Virus record (IMG/VR): IMGVR_UViG_2880361019_000008
Source of the DNA: a virus
Lineage: Duplodnaviria > Heunggongvirae > Uroviricota > Caudoviricetes
Direction: 5' to 3' (one strand)
Length of the DNA stretch: 55,074 nucleotides
Of this stretch, positions 16,444 through 27,180 are shown in pieces (position 1 is the stretch's first letter; each line of letters begins with the position of its first letter). The position numbers were made by a program, and so were the translations under genes. Under the pieces are notes generated by a model. It worked only from the letters and a program-made list of their open reading frames with translations. It was not told the origin of the DNA and ran no database searches.

Positions 16444-18294
16444 ATGTCGATTAAACATTATGATGTTGTCAGGGCGGCGTCGCCGTCAGACCTTGCGGAA
16501 AAGCTGACACACAAACTGAAAGAGGGCTGGCAGCCATACGGCGGACCGGTTGCCATTACGCCGTACACACTGATGCAGGCGGTGGCTATTGAAGGAGAGC
16601 CACAGGTCGGCCCTTCATCTGAGCCGGATTGGTACTACGTCATCGTACTGGCCGGGCAGTCCAATGCCATGGCTTACGGTGAAGGGCTTCCGCTGCCGGA
16701 TTCATACGATGCTCCGGATCCGTGCATTAAACAGCTGGCGCGCCGCAGTACAGTGACGCCGGGCGGGACTGCCTGCAGATATAACGATATTATTCCGGCC
16801 GACCACTGCCTGCATGATGTGCAGGATATGAGTACGCTGAATCATCCGAAGGCAGACCTGATCAAAGGGCAGTACGGCTGTGTCGGCCAGGGCTTACATA
16901 TTGCCAAAAAACTGCTTCCGTATATCCCGAATAACGCGGGGATCCTGCTGGTACCATGCTGTCGTGGTGGTTCGGCATTCACCCAGGGCGCGGAGGGGAC
17001 ATTCAGCGAGTCCACGGGGGCCAGTCAGGATTCGGCACGCTGGGGGGTGGGCAAGCCGTTATATCAGGATCTGATTTCCCGCACAAAAGCGGCATTGCAG
17101 AAAAATCCCAAAAACGTTCTGCTGGCCGTCTGCTGGATGCAGGGTGAGTTTGACATGAGCGCCGCCACCCACGCACAGCAACCTGCGCTGTTTACAGCCA
17201 TGCTGACACAGTTTCGTGCTGACCTCTCCGTGTTTAACGCGCAGTGCCATGGTGGCAGTGCTGCAGATGTGCCGTGGATTTGTGGTGACACGACGTATTA
17301 CTGGAAAAATACATACGCTACCCAGTACGACACCGTGTACGGCGGGTATAAAAACAGGGAGAGTGAGGGCGTTTATTTTGTGCCCTTCATGACAGACGGT
17401 AACGGCGTCAATACCGCCACTAACGCGCCGGCAGAAGATCCGGATATTCCGGCATCAGGATATTACGGTGCGGCATCGAGAACGAATGGAAACCAGGTAT
17501 CATCAAACCGCCCGACACATTTCAGTTCATGGGCGCGCAGGAGCATTATTCCGGATCGTCTGGCAACCGCTATTCTGAACGCAGCCGGGCGCACCTCCGC
17601 CTTCATCAGTGGTAAGGCACCGGAAATCAAACCCTCGCCCGGCGGCAACACGCCATCGGGTCCGTCTGCAGATACGTCCGTTCGCACAATCTCCCTGCTG
17701 CCGGCAGCCGGAGAGGCTGCTGCGCAGGGCTGGAGCATTAAGGATGGCGGAATTCAGTTGTCAGATGGTGTATTTAAGATCACCAAGCAGAGCAATAAAA
17801 CCTGGTCCCTGACGTATCCGGTGGATGACGCAATTACCCTGCTGACACAGGGCGGCAGACTGACCTGTAAGTTCCGCCTGTCAGGCGCACTGACCAACAA
17901 TCAGTTCGGGCTGGGGATTTATCTGTATACGGATGCTCCCGTTCCTGATGGTGTGGCGATGACGGGTACCGGTAATCCGTTCCTGATGTCGTACTTCACT
18001 CAGACCACTGACGGCAGAGTGAATCTGATGCATCACAGGAAAGCCGGAAACACGAAGCTGGGGGAGTTCGGCGATTACGGTAACGACTGGCAGACGCTGG
18101 AGCTGGTGTTCACCGCCGGCAGTGCCACGGTTACTCCGAAACTGAATGGAGTGGCTGGCCCGGCATTCCAGGTTATAAAAGACAGTCTGACACTGGGACT
18201 GAATGCGCTGACGCTGACGGATGTTACAAAAAATGCAGCGTATGGCGTTGAGATAGAAAGTCTGATGCTGGAGATAAATGCACCGGCAGCATAA
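16444..18294 (+). CDS. nanS-p: Prophage sialate O-acetylesterase NanS-p (N-terminal DUF1737-like region plus SGNH/SASA esterase domain)
   Basis: 616-aa ORF; GQSNA esterase motif; sits between late leader and lysis genes. Confidence 0.85.
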   Translation: MSIKHYDVVRAASPSDLAEKLTHKLKEGWQPYGGPVAITPYTLMQAVAIEGEPQVGPSSEPDWYYVIVLAGQSNAMAYGEGLPLPDSYDAPDPCIKQLARRSTVTPGGTACRYNDIIPADHCLHDVQDMSTLNHPKADLIKGQYGCVGQGLHIAKKLLPYIPNNAGILLVPCCRGGSAFTQGAEGTFSESTGASQDSARWGVGKPLYQDLISRTKAALQKNPKNVLLAVCWMQGEFDMSAATHAQQPALFTAMLTQFRADLSVFNAQCHGGSAADVPWICGDTTYYWKNTYATQYDTVYGGYKNRESEGVYFVPFMTDGNGVNTATNAPAEDPDIPASGYYGAASRTNGNQVSSNRPTHFSSWARRSIIPDRLATAILNAAGRTSAFISGKAPEIKPSPGGNTPSGPSADTSVRTISLLPAAGEAAAQGWSIKDGGIQLSDGVFKITKQSNKTWSLTYPVDDAITLLTQGGRLTCKFRLSGALTNNQFGLGIYLYTDAPVPDGVAMTGTGNPFLMSYFTQTTDGRVNLMHHRKAGNTKLGEFGDYGNDWQTLELVFTAGSATVTPKLNGVAGPAFQVIKDSLTLGLNALTLTDVTKNAAYGVEIESLMLEINAPAA

Positions 18295-18297
18295 TAA

Positions 18298-18590
18298 AAA
18301 AAGCCAGCGACTGATCTGAAAAAGAAGACGCTGGCTAAAAGGCCTTATATGTTTGTAGAGACTTATTTTTCACAGACAGCAATGATGCCTGTCAATATAT
18401 TATCAATATGCGGATTGTTTCAGTTACAGATGCCTTATTAAGGAAAAAAACAGCCAGCACTGACTTTCGGTGGAGAGGTGCTGGCTCAAAAGGATAGATG
18501 TACTTCACATGTTGCTTCTATATGGCAGTACATTTTCTGACAGACAGTGACGGATGTTGTCAAGATATTGTGTCATTTATAACCTGAATC
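18298..18590. repeat. Two imperfect direct copies of a roughly 140-bp element, each starting with an A-run and a stem-loop (18303-18335; 18453-18485)
   Basis: Stems GCCAGCG/CGCTGGC and GCCAGCAC/GTGCTGGC with compensatory differences; both followed by AAAAGG and GACAGACAG-containing tracts. Confidence 0.4.
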
Positions 18591-18741
18591 AGGGGAGGCC
18601 GGAATGTTATCTGGCATTTTTAGCAGAGCCTGAATGCCATGATCACGGCTCCCGGCGTTGGCCGTCAGTGGGTGACACTGGCGGCTTTTTTGTTTTTCTT
18701 TACTTTCATTTTCTGTCGGCGGTGACGGAGACATACATCAG

Positions 18742-18948
18742 ATGGAAAAAATCACAACAGGTGTGTCATACACCACGTCAGCGGTGGGGACGGGATACTG
18801 GTTACTGCAGCTGCTGGACAAAGTCTCTCCGTCCCAGTGGGTGGCAATAGGTGTGCTGGGGAGTCTGCTGTTTGGCCTGCTGACGTATCTGACAAACCTT
18901 TATTTCAAGATTAAAGAAGATAAGCGTAAGGCTGCGAGAGGTGAATAA
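18742..18948 (+). CDS. S: Holin (class II, Stx-phage S-like)
   Basis: 68-aa [25 protein letters not shown]... with two TM segments; directly upstream of endolysin. Confidence 0.85.
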   Translation: MEKITTGVSYTTSAVGTGYWLLQLLDKVSPSQWVAIGVLGSLLFGLLTYLTNLYFKIKEDKRKAARGE

Positions 18949-19445
18949 TGTCGCCGTCATTACGCAAGGCTGTTGCAGCTGCTATTGGTGGTGGGGCTGT
19001 TGCCATAGCGTCTGTGCTCATCACTGGTCCAGGTGGTAACGATGGTCTGGAAGGTGTCAGCTACATACCATACAAAGATATCGTTGGCGTATGGACTGTA
19101 TGTCACGGACACACCGGAAAAGACATCATGCCCGGTAAAACGTATACCGAAGCAGAATGCAAAGCCCTCCTGAATAAAGACCTTGCCACGGTCGCCAGAC
19201 AAATAAACCCGTACATCAACGTCGATATACCGGAAACAACGCGCGGCGCTCTTTACTCGTTCGTTTACAACGTGGGCGCTGGCAATTTCAGAACATCGAC
19301 GCTTCTTCGCAAAATAAACCAGGGCGATATCAAAGGCGCATGTGATCAGCTACGGCGCTGGACATACGCTGGCGGTAAGCAATGGAAAGGGCTGATGACT
19401 CGCCGCGAGATTGAGCGTGAAGTCTGTTTGTGGGGGCAACAATGA
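18948..19445 (+). CDS. R: Endolysin (lysozyme family) with N-terminal signal-anchor-release-like Gly/Ala-rich segment
   Basis: 165-aa ORF; start overlaps holin stop. Confidence 0.85.
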   Translation: MSPSLRKAVAAAIGGGAVAIASVLITGPGGNDGLEGVSYIPYKDIVGVWTVCHGHTGKDIMPGKTYTEAECKALLNKDLATVARQINPYINVDIPETTRGALYSFVYNVGAGNFRTSTLLRKINQGDIKGACDQLRRWTYAGGKQWKGLMTRREIEREVCLWGQQ

Positions 19446-19936
19446 GCAGGGTAACCGTTATTATCTCCGCTCTGGTTATCTGCATCATCGTCTGCCTGTC
19501 ATGGGCTGTTAATCATTACCGTGATAACGCCATAACCTACAAAGAGCAGCGCGATAAAAAAGTCAGTGAGCTGGAGCTGGCAAATGCAACCATTACTGAT
19601 ATGCAGCAGCGCCAGCGTGATGTTGCTGCACTTGATGCCAGATACTCGAGGGAATTAGCCGATGCGAGAGCTGAAAATGAAACTCTTCGCGCTGACGTTG
19701 CCGCTGGTCACCGCAGCCTGCGGATCAACGCCACCTGTCCAGGTCCCGTGCGTGAAGCCACCGGCACCGCCCGCGTGGATAATGCAACCGGCCCCCAACT
19801 GGCAGACACCGTTACACGGGATTATTTCACCCTCAGAGAGCGGCTGATGACGATGCAGAAGCAACTGGAAGGGGCACAGGACTATATCCGCACTCAGTGT
19901 ACTAAGCAGGCTTTTTATTATCCGGAGGATGTATGA
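19442..19936 (+). CDS. Rz: Spanin inner-membrane subunit Rz
   Basis: ATG overlapping endolysin stop; N-terminal TM then coiled-coil; contains embedded Rz1. Confidence 0.75.
   Translation: MSRVTVIISALVICIIVCLSWAVNHYRDNAITYKEQRDKKVSELELANATITDMQQRQRDVAALDARYSRELADARAENETLRADVAAGHRSLRINATCPGPVREATGTARVDNATGPQLADTVTRDYFTLRERLMTMQKQLEGAQDYIRTQCTKQAFYYPEDV
19677..19847 (+). CDS. Rz1: Spanin outer-membrane lipoprotein Rz1 (embedded in Rz in the +1 frame)
   Basis: Lipobox-like LVTAAC and proline-rich [32 protein letters not shown] resembling lambda Rz1. Confidence 0.7.
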   Translation: MKLFALTLPLVTAACGSTPPVQVPCVKPPAPPAWIMQPAPNWQTPLHGIISPSESG

Positions 19937-20157
19937 AGAAATTACAGGTAACGGTAAAACCTTTTCAGGGAACAATTCCGTTCCGTGTTTTGCAACATGG
20001 CCGTGTTCTGCTTGAAGAGGTGTTCAGAGGTAAATGCACTGAATGTTATTCACGAACATATGAAGTGAATGCCACGCATGAAGAATTCACCGTTGAGTGT
20101 GTGATGAATACTGATAAATGCCGAATGGTATCCGCTGAATTACAGCCAGTGTGTTGA
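19933..20157 (+). CDS. Hypothetical small Cys-containing protein downstream of Rz
   Basis: 74-aa ORF overlapping Rz stop. Confidence 0.4.
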   Translation: MKKLQVTVKPFQGTIPFRVLQHGRVLLEEVFRGKCTECYSRTYEVNATHEEFTVECVMNTDKCRMVSAELQPVC

Positions 20158-20362
20158 GCGACCTTATTATCCATGCGCGGTATTGTCGCCGTATTCCTGC
20201 ATTAACAGAGACCGCAGCCCGACAGGGAGACTCCTCTGCGAGAGTGTGCGGGGATAATCAAAAACGATACACACCGGGGTTTACCGCGTAAACGGAGCGC
20301 GGCGTTCTCCCCTCATGGTCGCCCGTCCGGTGCGATGGTGGAAGAAACTGGAATCTGTTCAA

Positions 20363-20393
20363 TAAAAAAACTGCCGTGTTGGAGTCACAGCAG
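20363..20393 (-). terminator. Minus-strand terminator downstream of the ylcI-like gene
   Basis: Hairpin CTGCCGTG..CACAGCAG preceded on plus strand by A7. Confidence 0.4.
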
Positions 20394-20525
20394 TAATGTA
20401 CTGATTGGGTAGAAGATTATTATTGTTATGCTTTATTTTTATTCTATATGGCTGATTATTTCAATTCGGAATTAATACAGCTAATGTCTGTGAGTTTTTA
20501 TAAATTCAGCAATATAAAGAAATAG

Positions 20526-20753
20526 TTATATGAACAGCCATCGCAGAGCATACTGTGTATCATTCTTTTTTATAGTCAACTGACGGGCATATTTTATGTC
20601 TGCTGCCAGCTCCCGGCGGCAAGATTCAATGACCCACGCAGAAAAATTTCCTGAACCTTTCTGGTCAAGAGCGATGTTAATTTGTTCAATCATCTGGTTT
20701 GGAAATCGGATGTTGCGGGTTGTTGTTCTGCGTGTCCGGTTTTTCGATGACAT
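20526..20753 (-). CDS. YlcI-like (DUF3950) small DNA-binding protein
   Basis: 75-aa MSSKNRTRRTTTRNIRFPNQMIEQINIALDQKGSGNFSAWVIE... resembles DLP12 YlcI. Confidence 0.55.
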   Translation of the reverse strand: MSSKNRTRRTTTRNIRFPNQMIEQINIALDQKGSGNFSAWVIESCRRELAADIKYARQLTIKKNDTQYALRWLFI

Positions 20754-20794
20754 TTTCTTTCCTCTGGTGACAAGCTGTATGGCGAGGATTTTAC

Positions 20795-21160
20795 ATGGCT
20801 GTGCTTCGTACGTTACCGGGCAGAATCAAAACTCTGAACACCCGGCGGATAAATGTCCTGAGGGGGGAACAGCGTCGTGTCAGTGGCAGTGCCCGGGTTT
20901 CCCTCAAACGTCGTATCTGGCGGAGGGATGCCGGACACTGTTGTCTCTGTAGACGCGTGGTTGACCTTTGTGACAGTGAACTCGATCACCGCATTGCACT
21001 TCAGTTCGGTGGTGGTAATGAGGAGACGAACCTCTGGACCCTCTGTACTGAATGCCATCGCCAGAAGTCAGCGAGTGAAGCGGCGAGTGGTATGCCTGAT
21101 CCGACGTTGCCTGAGCTTCCTGATGGCACGCTCAGGGCCGACGGAATCACTGGCCTGTGA
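20795..21160 (+). CDS. HNH endonuclease (terminase-associated)
   Basis: Motifs DHRIALQFGG and NLWTLCTECHRQK; immediately upstream of terminase genes. Confidence 0.8.
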   Translation: MAVLRTLPGRIKTLNTRRINVLRGEQRRVSGSARVSLKRRIWRRDAGHCCLCRRVVDLCDSELDHRIALQFGGGNEETNLWTLCTECHRQKSASEAASGMPDPTLPELPDGTLRADGITGL

Positions 21161-21249
21161 CCAGACCCGGGGGGGATCATCCGGCGAAAAAAAACGATCG
21201 CCCCGGACACCGCGCCCCGTCTCATGCAGAGAAAAAATTCCTGTTTCAG

Positions 21250-21309
21250 GCCAGTTAACATGTTAACTGGCTTTTTCAGCAAATGTTAACCAGGCAGCAG
21301 TTAACATTT
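21250..21309. other. Palindrome cluster upstream of terS (candidate cos/terminase recognition region)
   Basis: Perfect 22-bp palindrome GCCAGTTAACATGTTAACTGGC and inverted repeat AAATGTTAAC-N9-GTTAACATTT. Confidence 0.3.
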
Positions 21310-21381
21310 GCGGCATGAGACGCCGGGAAAAATGGGCTGAACCATACCCGGCTGAGTGCGTTATGGACCCGGGAGGAGGCT

Positions 21382-21945
21382 GTGCTGACAACGCAAAAAC
21401 GAAAATTTGCGCTGGCGCTCATGTCCGGGAAAAACAAAACAGCGTCAGCCATTGCCGCCGGTTATTCGGCGAAGACCGCCAGGGTTAAAGGCTCGCAGCT
21501 GGCAAAAGATCCGGAGGTGCTCGCGTTTATAGCCCGTAAACAGTGCGAAACGGTGGAGGTGGATGAGGTTCCTGTTTACCGGCAGAAAAAATCAGAGCAG
21601 GAGGATAAACCCCGTCGCCGTGAGGTGGCTGCAATACCACAGCCGGACGAAAACAATCCGGAGATGCCTCCGCCCGCGGTGATATCTCATGGTATTGAAT
21701 ATATGGAGGATGGTCTTCCCGATCCGGTGAAAGCTATGGGGCAGATCCTGGTGGAAAACCTGAGCATTGACCCGAAACTGGCACTGGATGCGGCCTGGCG
21801 ACTGGCGCAGTTCACACACCATAAAAAAGGCGATGCCGGTAAAAAATCGGCAAAAGGTGATGCCGCGAAAAAAGCGGCTAACCGTTTTGCGGTGCCACCA
21901 CCTCCCCGACTGGTGGTGAATAACCAGAATGAGGAAAGCGGATGA
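21382..21945 (+). CDS. Terminase small subunit
   Basis: 187-aa ORF directly upstream of and overlapping terL start. Confidence 0.8.
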   Translation: MLTTQKRKFALALMSGKNKTASAIAAGYSAKTARVKGSQLAKDPEVLAFIARKQCETVEVDEVPVYRQKKSEQEDKPRRREVAAIPQPDENNPEMPPPAVISHGIEYMEDGLPDPVKAMGQILVENLSIDPKLALDAAWRLAQFTHHKKGDAGKKSAKGDAAKKAANRFAVPPPPRLVVNNQNEESG

Positions 21946-23603
21946 TACCTGTATGGAGCACGGCATGTCCGGACTGGGCAGAGCGCCTGAAAAAGGGGCT
22001 GTCGATTATTCCGGCTCCGATTTATCCGGACCAGGCTGCACATGCACTGGCGATTTTTAAACAACTGCGAATTGTGGATGCACCGGGTAGCCCGACATTC
22101 GGGGAGTCCTGTGCACCGTGGGTGTTTGACCTGGTGGCGGCCCTGTTTGGCTCCTACGATGCGCAGACCGGTGTTCGCCATATCAAGGAAGTGTTTATCC
22201 TTATCCCCAAGAAAAACTCGAAGTCCACGCTGGCCGCGGGGATCATGATGACTGCACTGTTACTGAACTGGCGGCAGGCGGCGGGTTACACGATTCTGGC
22301 CCCGACAGTGGAGGTGGCAGCCAACGCCTTCAACCCTGCCAGGGATATGGTACGACGGGACGATGATCTGGATGACCTCTGTCAGGTGCAGACACATATC
22401 CGGACCATCACCCACAGGGTGACGGACACCACCCTGAAGGTGGTGGCAGCCGATCCGAATACGGTGTCCGATATCAAGTCCGTGGGGACGCTGATTGATG
22501 AACTGTGGCTGTTTGGCAAGCAGTACAAGGCGGAGGACATGTTACGTGAAGCCATTGGCGGGCTGGCTTCACGTCCGGAAGGGTTTGTGGTGTACACAAC
22601 CACCCAGTCAAATGAGCCGCCTGCCGGGGTGTTCAGGCAGAAACTGCAGTACGCCCGGGATGTGCGCGACGGTAAAATTCATGATCCGCATTTTCTGCCG
22701 GTGATTTTTGAGCATCCTCCTGAAATGGTGGAGAGCGGTGAGCACCTGCTGATGGAAAACCTCGCCATGGTTAACCCGAATCTCGGTTATTCGGTGGATG
22801 AGGCCTTTCTGTACCGGGAGTATCGTAAAGCCCGGGAGGCTGGTGAGGAAGCATTTCGTGGCTTCATGTCAAAACACGCCAATGTGGAAATCGGTCTTGC
22901 CCTGCACTCTGACCGCTGGGCGGGCGCGGATTTCTGGGAGCAGCAGGGCAGGCGCGTCAGCCTGGACGATATCCTGCAGCGCGCTGATGTGGTGACGGTG
23001 GGGATTGACGGCGGGGGCCTGGATGATCTGCTGGGAATGTACGTGACTGGCCGTGACAGGGAAACCCGCGAATGGCTGGGCTGGGGCCATGCCTGGGTGC
23101 ATGAAACCGCGGTGGTCAGACGGAAGAGTGAGGCATCCCGGTTTCAGGATTTTGTGGCCTGTGGAGACATGACGATTGTCCGTCGGGTCGGGGATGACAC
23201 GGCGGAAGTGGCGGAGTATGTGCGTCGTATTCATGAGGCTGAGTTACTGGATCATATCGGTATTGACCCGTCAGGTGTGGGGCAGATTCTGGATTCACTG
23301 GCGGAAGCCGGGATCCCCGATGAGAGTGTGGTGGGGATAAGCCAGGGCTGGAAGCTGGGCGGGGCCATCAAAACCACCGAGCGCAAACTGGCTGAAGGGG
23401 TGCTGATTCACGGTGATCAGCCCCTGATGGCCTGGTGTGTCGGTAATGCCCGGGTGGAGCCTAAAGGTAACGCCATTCTTATCACCAAACAGGCCAGCGG
23501 ACGGGGAAAAATTGACCCGCTGATGGCGCTCTTCAATGCGGTGTCCCTGATGTCCCTGAATCCGGAACCGAAAAAGAAAGCGTATGAGGTTTTTTTCATA
23601 TAA
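21942..23603 (+). CDS. Terminase large subunit
   Basis: 553-aa ORF with ATPase and nuclease regions typical of terminase large subunits. Confidence 0.9.
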   Translation: MIPVWSTACPDWAERLKKGLSIIPAPIYPDQAAHALAIFKQLRIVDAPGSPTFGESCAPWVFDLVAALFGSYDAQTGVRHIKEVFILIPKKNSKSTLAAGIMMTALLLNWRQAAGYTILAPTVEVAANAFNPARDMVRRDDDLDDLCQVQTHIRTITHRVTDTTLKVVAADPNTVSDIKSVGTLIDELWLFGKQYKAEDMLREAIGGLASRPEGFVVYTTTQSNEPPAGVFRQKLQYARDVRDGKIHDPHFLPVIFEHPPEMVESGEHLLMENLAMVNPNLGYSVDEAFLYREYRKAREAGEEAFRGFMSKHANVEIGLALHSDRWAGADFWEQQGRRVSLDDILQRADVVTVGIDGGGLDDLLGMYVTGRDRETREWLGWGHAWVHETAVVRRKSEASRFQDFVACGDMTIVRRVGDDTAEVAEYVRRIHEAELLDHIGIDPSGVGQILDSLAEAGIPDESVVGISQGWKLGGAIKTTERKLAEGVLIHGDQPLMAWCVGNARVEPKGNAILITKQASGRGKIDPLMALFNAVSLMSLNPEPKKKAYEVFFI

Positions 23604-23666
23604 CCCTGCTCACCCTGTAACCATCATGAACCGCTGCGGCGGTTTTTTTATTTTCAGGAGGCTGAT

Positions 23667-25604
23667 GTGACTCTTAAACGGGCCTGTTCCCTGCTGACGG
23701 TGAAATCCTTCAGTGAGGATGAACGGGTGATCACCGGGATTGCGTCAACGCCTTCTCCGGATCGGGATGGTGACATCCTGGAGCCGGAGGGGGCGGAGTT
23801 TGGCAGTACGATCCCGTTTCTCTGGCAGCATGACCATTCCCGCCCTGTAGGCCAGTGTACGGTGCGTCGGGTCAGGGAAGGGCTGGAAATCACGGCAATG
23901 CTGGTGAAGCCGGAGCCGGGGATGCCCTCCCAGATGGCAGCCCGGCTGGATGAGGCCTGGGCTGCCATTAAGACCGGGCTGGTCAGGGGGCTTTCTGTGG
24001 GCTTCCGGCCCCATGAATACACTTATCTGGACGGAGGCGGACTGCATTTTCTGCGCTGGGAGCTGATGGAGGTGTCTGCCGTCACCGTGCCCGCGAATGC
24101 GGAATGCACCATCCGGACCATTAAATCTTTCGACCGCCCGTTTTCTGCCGCGTCCGGCAACCGGAGACCGGTGGTGAAAATCGCATCTTCTGCCGGCGCT
24201 TCGGCACAGTCAATAACCTCTTTTCATAAGGAAAAGTCAGCAATGAATACTGGTGAACAGATTAAAAGTTTTGAAAACAAGCGTGCGGCGCTGGCAGCCT
24301 CCCTTGAGGAGATCATGAAAAAAGCCGCAGAGGAAGGCCGCACACTGGATGTGGAAGAGGAAGAGCACTACGACAACACCGCAGCGGAAATCCGTCAGGT
24401 GGATGCGCACCTGAAGCGTCTGCGTGAACTGGAAACCAGTAAGGCCGCCACGGCACAGCCGGTGAAACAGGCCGGTAACGGGAATGTGGCCACGGTGGCT
24501 TCAGCGCCGGTGATCCGTGTTGAGCAGAAACTGGAGAAGGGGATTGGTTTCGCCCGCTTTGCCAAATCACTGGCCGCGGCTAAAGGTGTCCGCTCTGAAG
24601 CCCTGGAAGTGGCCCGTCGTCAGTATCCGGATGACAGCCGTCTGCATCATGTCCTGAAATCGGCGGTGGGGGCAGGGACCACCACGGACCCACAGTGGGC
24701 AGGCAGCCTGTCTGAATATCAGGAATATGCGCAGGACTTTATTGATTACCTGCGTCCGCAGACCATTATCGGGCGATTTGGTCAGGGCGGGATCCCTGCA
24801 CTTCGTCTGGTGCCGTTCAATATCCGCGTGCATGCCCAGGTGTCCGGCGGTGTTGCCGGCTGGGTGGGGGAGGGTAAGGCCAGACCCCTGACGAAGTTTG
24901 ATTTTGAGTCCATCACCTTCAGTCATGCGAAGGTGTCGGCCATTGCGGTACTGACGGAAGAGCTGATCCGCTTTTCCAGTCCGGCAGCTGATGCACTGGT
25001 CCGTAATGCGCTGGCAGAAGCGGTGGTGGCGCGTCTGGACACAGACTTTGTGGACCCGAAAAAAGCTGCAGTGGCAGATGTCTCCCCGGCGTCCATCACC
25101 CATGATGTGAAGGGCACGGCATCAACCGGTAACCCGGATGCGGATGCCGAGGCCGCGTTTGGCCAGTTTGTGACGGCAAATCTGCAGCCCACTGGTGCTG
25201 TCTGGCTGATGTCCAGCACGAATGCCCTGGCGCTGTCCATGCGTAAAAATGCGCTGGGTCAGAAGGAATATCCGGACATGACCCTGCTGGGCGGGACCTT
25301 TCAGGGGCTTCCGGTGATTGTCTCCCAGTATGTGGGTGACCAGCTGGTACTGGTGAATGCACCGGATATTTATCTGGCGGATGACGGCGGTGTGGCAGTG
25401 GATATGTCCCGTGAAGCGTCACTGGAAATGCAGTCTGAGCCGGGCGGCGACAGCACCACACCGTCGCCGGTGGAGCTGGTTTCCATGTTCCAGACCGGCA
25501 GCGTGGCCATCCGTGCGGAGCGCTGGATCAACTGGCGTCGTCGCCGTACTGCGGCGGTGGCTGTGATCACCGGTGTGAACTACGGCAGTGCGTCCGGCGG
25601 CTGA
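23667..25604 (+). CDS. Prohead protease / major capsid protein fusion (HK97 family)
   Basis: N-terminal S78 protease motifs (PFLWQHD, GLSVGF, EVSAVTVPAN) followed by capsid-like C-terminal region. Confidence 0.8.
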   Translation: MTLKRACSLLTVKSFSEDERVITGIASTPSPDRDGDILEPEGAEFGSTIPFLWQHDHSRPVGQCTVRRVREGLEITAMLVKPEPGMPSQMAARLDEAWAAIKTGLVRGLSVGFRPHEYTYLDGGGLHFLRWELMEVSAVTVPANAECTIRTIKSFDRPFSAASGNRRPVVKIASSAGASAQSITSFHKEKSAMNTGEQIKSFENKRAALAASLEEIMKKAAEEGRTLDVEEEEHYDNTAAEIRQVDAHLKRLRELETSKAATAQPVKQAGNGNVATVASAPVIRVEQKLEKGIGFARFAKSLAAAKGVRSEALEVARRQYPDDSRLHHVLKSAVGAGTTTDPQWAGSLSEYQEYAQDFIDYLRPQTIIGRFGQGGIPALRLVPFNIRVHAQVSGGVAGWVGEGKARPLTKFDFESITFSHAKVSAIAVLTEELIRFSSPAADALVRNALAEAVVARLDTDFVDPKKAAVADVSPASITHDVKGTASTGNPDADAEAAFGQFVTANLQPTGAVWLMSSTNALALSMRKNALGQKEYPDMTLLGGTFQGLPVIVSQYVGDQLVLVNAPDIYLADDGGVAVDMSREASLEMQSEPGGDSTTPSPVELVSMFQTGSVAIRAERWINWRRRRTAAVAVITGVNYGSASGG

Positions 25605-25815
25605 GTCTGATGAGGAGGGCGGGAGGTGAGAGCGTCCCGCAGTAACTGATGGCAAAAATCCGATATCTGCAGGGTACACATGATGCCCGGCCCGGGGATA
25701 TCCGGGATGTCGCACAGCCGTGTGCGGAGGTGCTGGTTCGCCTGAGGAAGGCGGAGTACATCACAGCGCGACGTCCGGCGGGTCAGAAAAAGAAACATGA
25801 TGCGGAGCATAGCGA

Positions 25816-27180
25816 ATGTGGAACTTTTTGCGACGAACCCGAAAAAACCAGAAATCAGGACGTGATGTAAAAGAGGTGGGCTGGACCAGCCTGTTTCAGG
25901 CGGTGGCTGAGCCCTTTGCCGGCGCCTGGCAGCAGGGTGTGAAAGCCGATCCGGAAAGTGTCCTCTCCTTTCATGCGGTGTTTTCTTGCATTTCGCTGAT
26001 ATCCCAGGATATCGCCAAAATGCGGCTGCGCCTGATGCAGACGGATACACAGGGGATCCGCCGTGAAAAACGGCAGGGGGATATTGCCCGCCTCTGTCGT
26101 CGTCCCAATGCACAGCAGAATCGTATCCAGTTTTTTGAACTGTGGCTGAACGCCAAACTGCGTCACGGCAATACGGTGGTGCTGAAAATCCGTAACTCCC
26201 GGGGGCAGATCAAAGAACTGCGTATTCTGGACTGGAGCCGGGTTGAACCTCTGGTGGCGGATGACGGCGAGGTGTTCTATCGCATCACGCCGGACCGGAA
26301 CTGCGGGATCACGGAGGCGGTGACGGTGCCTGCCCGGGAAGTGATCCACGACCGGTTTAACTGTTTTTTTCATCCGCTTGTGGGGCTGCCGCCGGTGTAT
26401 GCCGCCGGGCTGGCGGCCACGCAGGGGCATCATATTCAGGAAAATTCGACGTCTTTTTTCAGAAATGGCGGCAGGCCGTCCGGGGTGATTGAGATCCCCG
26501 GCAGTATTACGGAAGAAAAGGCGAAAAAACTGAAGAGCAACTGGGACAGCGGGTATACCGGCGAAAATGCGGGGAAAACGGCCATTCTGAGCAACGGGGC
26601 AAAATACAACCCCACGACGTTTTCACCGGTGGATGCGCAGACGGTGGAACAACTGAAGATGACCGCTGAAATTGTCTGTTCGGTGTTCCGTGTCCCGGCC
26701 TACAAGATTGGCGTTGGCCAGCCACCTTCCAGTGACAACGTGGAGGCGCTGGAGCAGCAGTATTATTCCCAGTGCCTGCAGACGCTGATTGAGTCCATTG
26801 AACTGTTACTGGATGAGGCGCTGGAAACGGGGGAAAACGAGAGTACGGAGTTTGACGTCACCACGCTGCTGAGAATGGACAGCGAACGGCGCATGAAAAC
26901 GCTGGGTGAGTCGGTGAAAAATACGCTTCTCACGCCCAATGAGGCCCGTAAACGTGAGAACCTGCCGCCCCTGGCCGGCGGTGATGCACTGTATCTTCAG
27001 CAGCAGAACTACAGTCTGGAGGCGCTGTCCCGTCGTGATGCCCGTGAAGATCCGTTTGCGTCGTCCGGGAAAAGAGTTTCAGCCCAACTGCCTGACGGCG
27101 CATCTGACGGTAATAAGGCAATCAGTGAAACAGAGCATGGTGCGGTGAAAGCGATGTTGAGGGGGATACTGCGAAAATGA
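25816..27180 (+). CDS. Portal protein (HK97 family)
   Basis: 454-aa ORF in head module; called by size and context. Confidence 0.7.
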   Translation: MWNFLRRTRKNQKSGRDVKEVGWTSLFQAVAEPFAGAWQQGVKADPESVLSFHAVFSCISLISQDIAKMRLRLMQTDTQGIRREKRQGDIARLCRRPNAQQNRIQFFELWLNAKLRHGNTVVLKIRNSRGQIKELRILDWSRVEPLVADDGEVFYRITPDRNCGITEAVTVPAREVIHDRFNCFFHPLVGLPPVYAAGLAATQGHHIQENSTSFFRNGGRPSGVIEIPGSITEEKAKKLKSNWDSGYTGENAGKTAILSNGAKYNPTTFSPVDAQTVEQLKMTAEIVCSVFRVPAYKIGVGQPPSSDNVEALEQQYYSQCLQTLIESIELLLDEALETGENESTEFDVTTLLRMDSERRMKTLGESVKNTLLTPNEARKRENLPPLAGGDALYLQQQNYSLEALSRRDAREDPFASSGKRVSAQLPDGASDGNKAISETEHGAVKAMLRGILRK

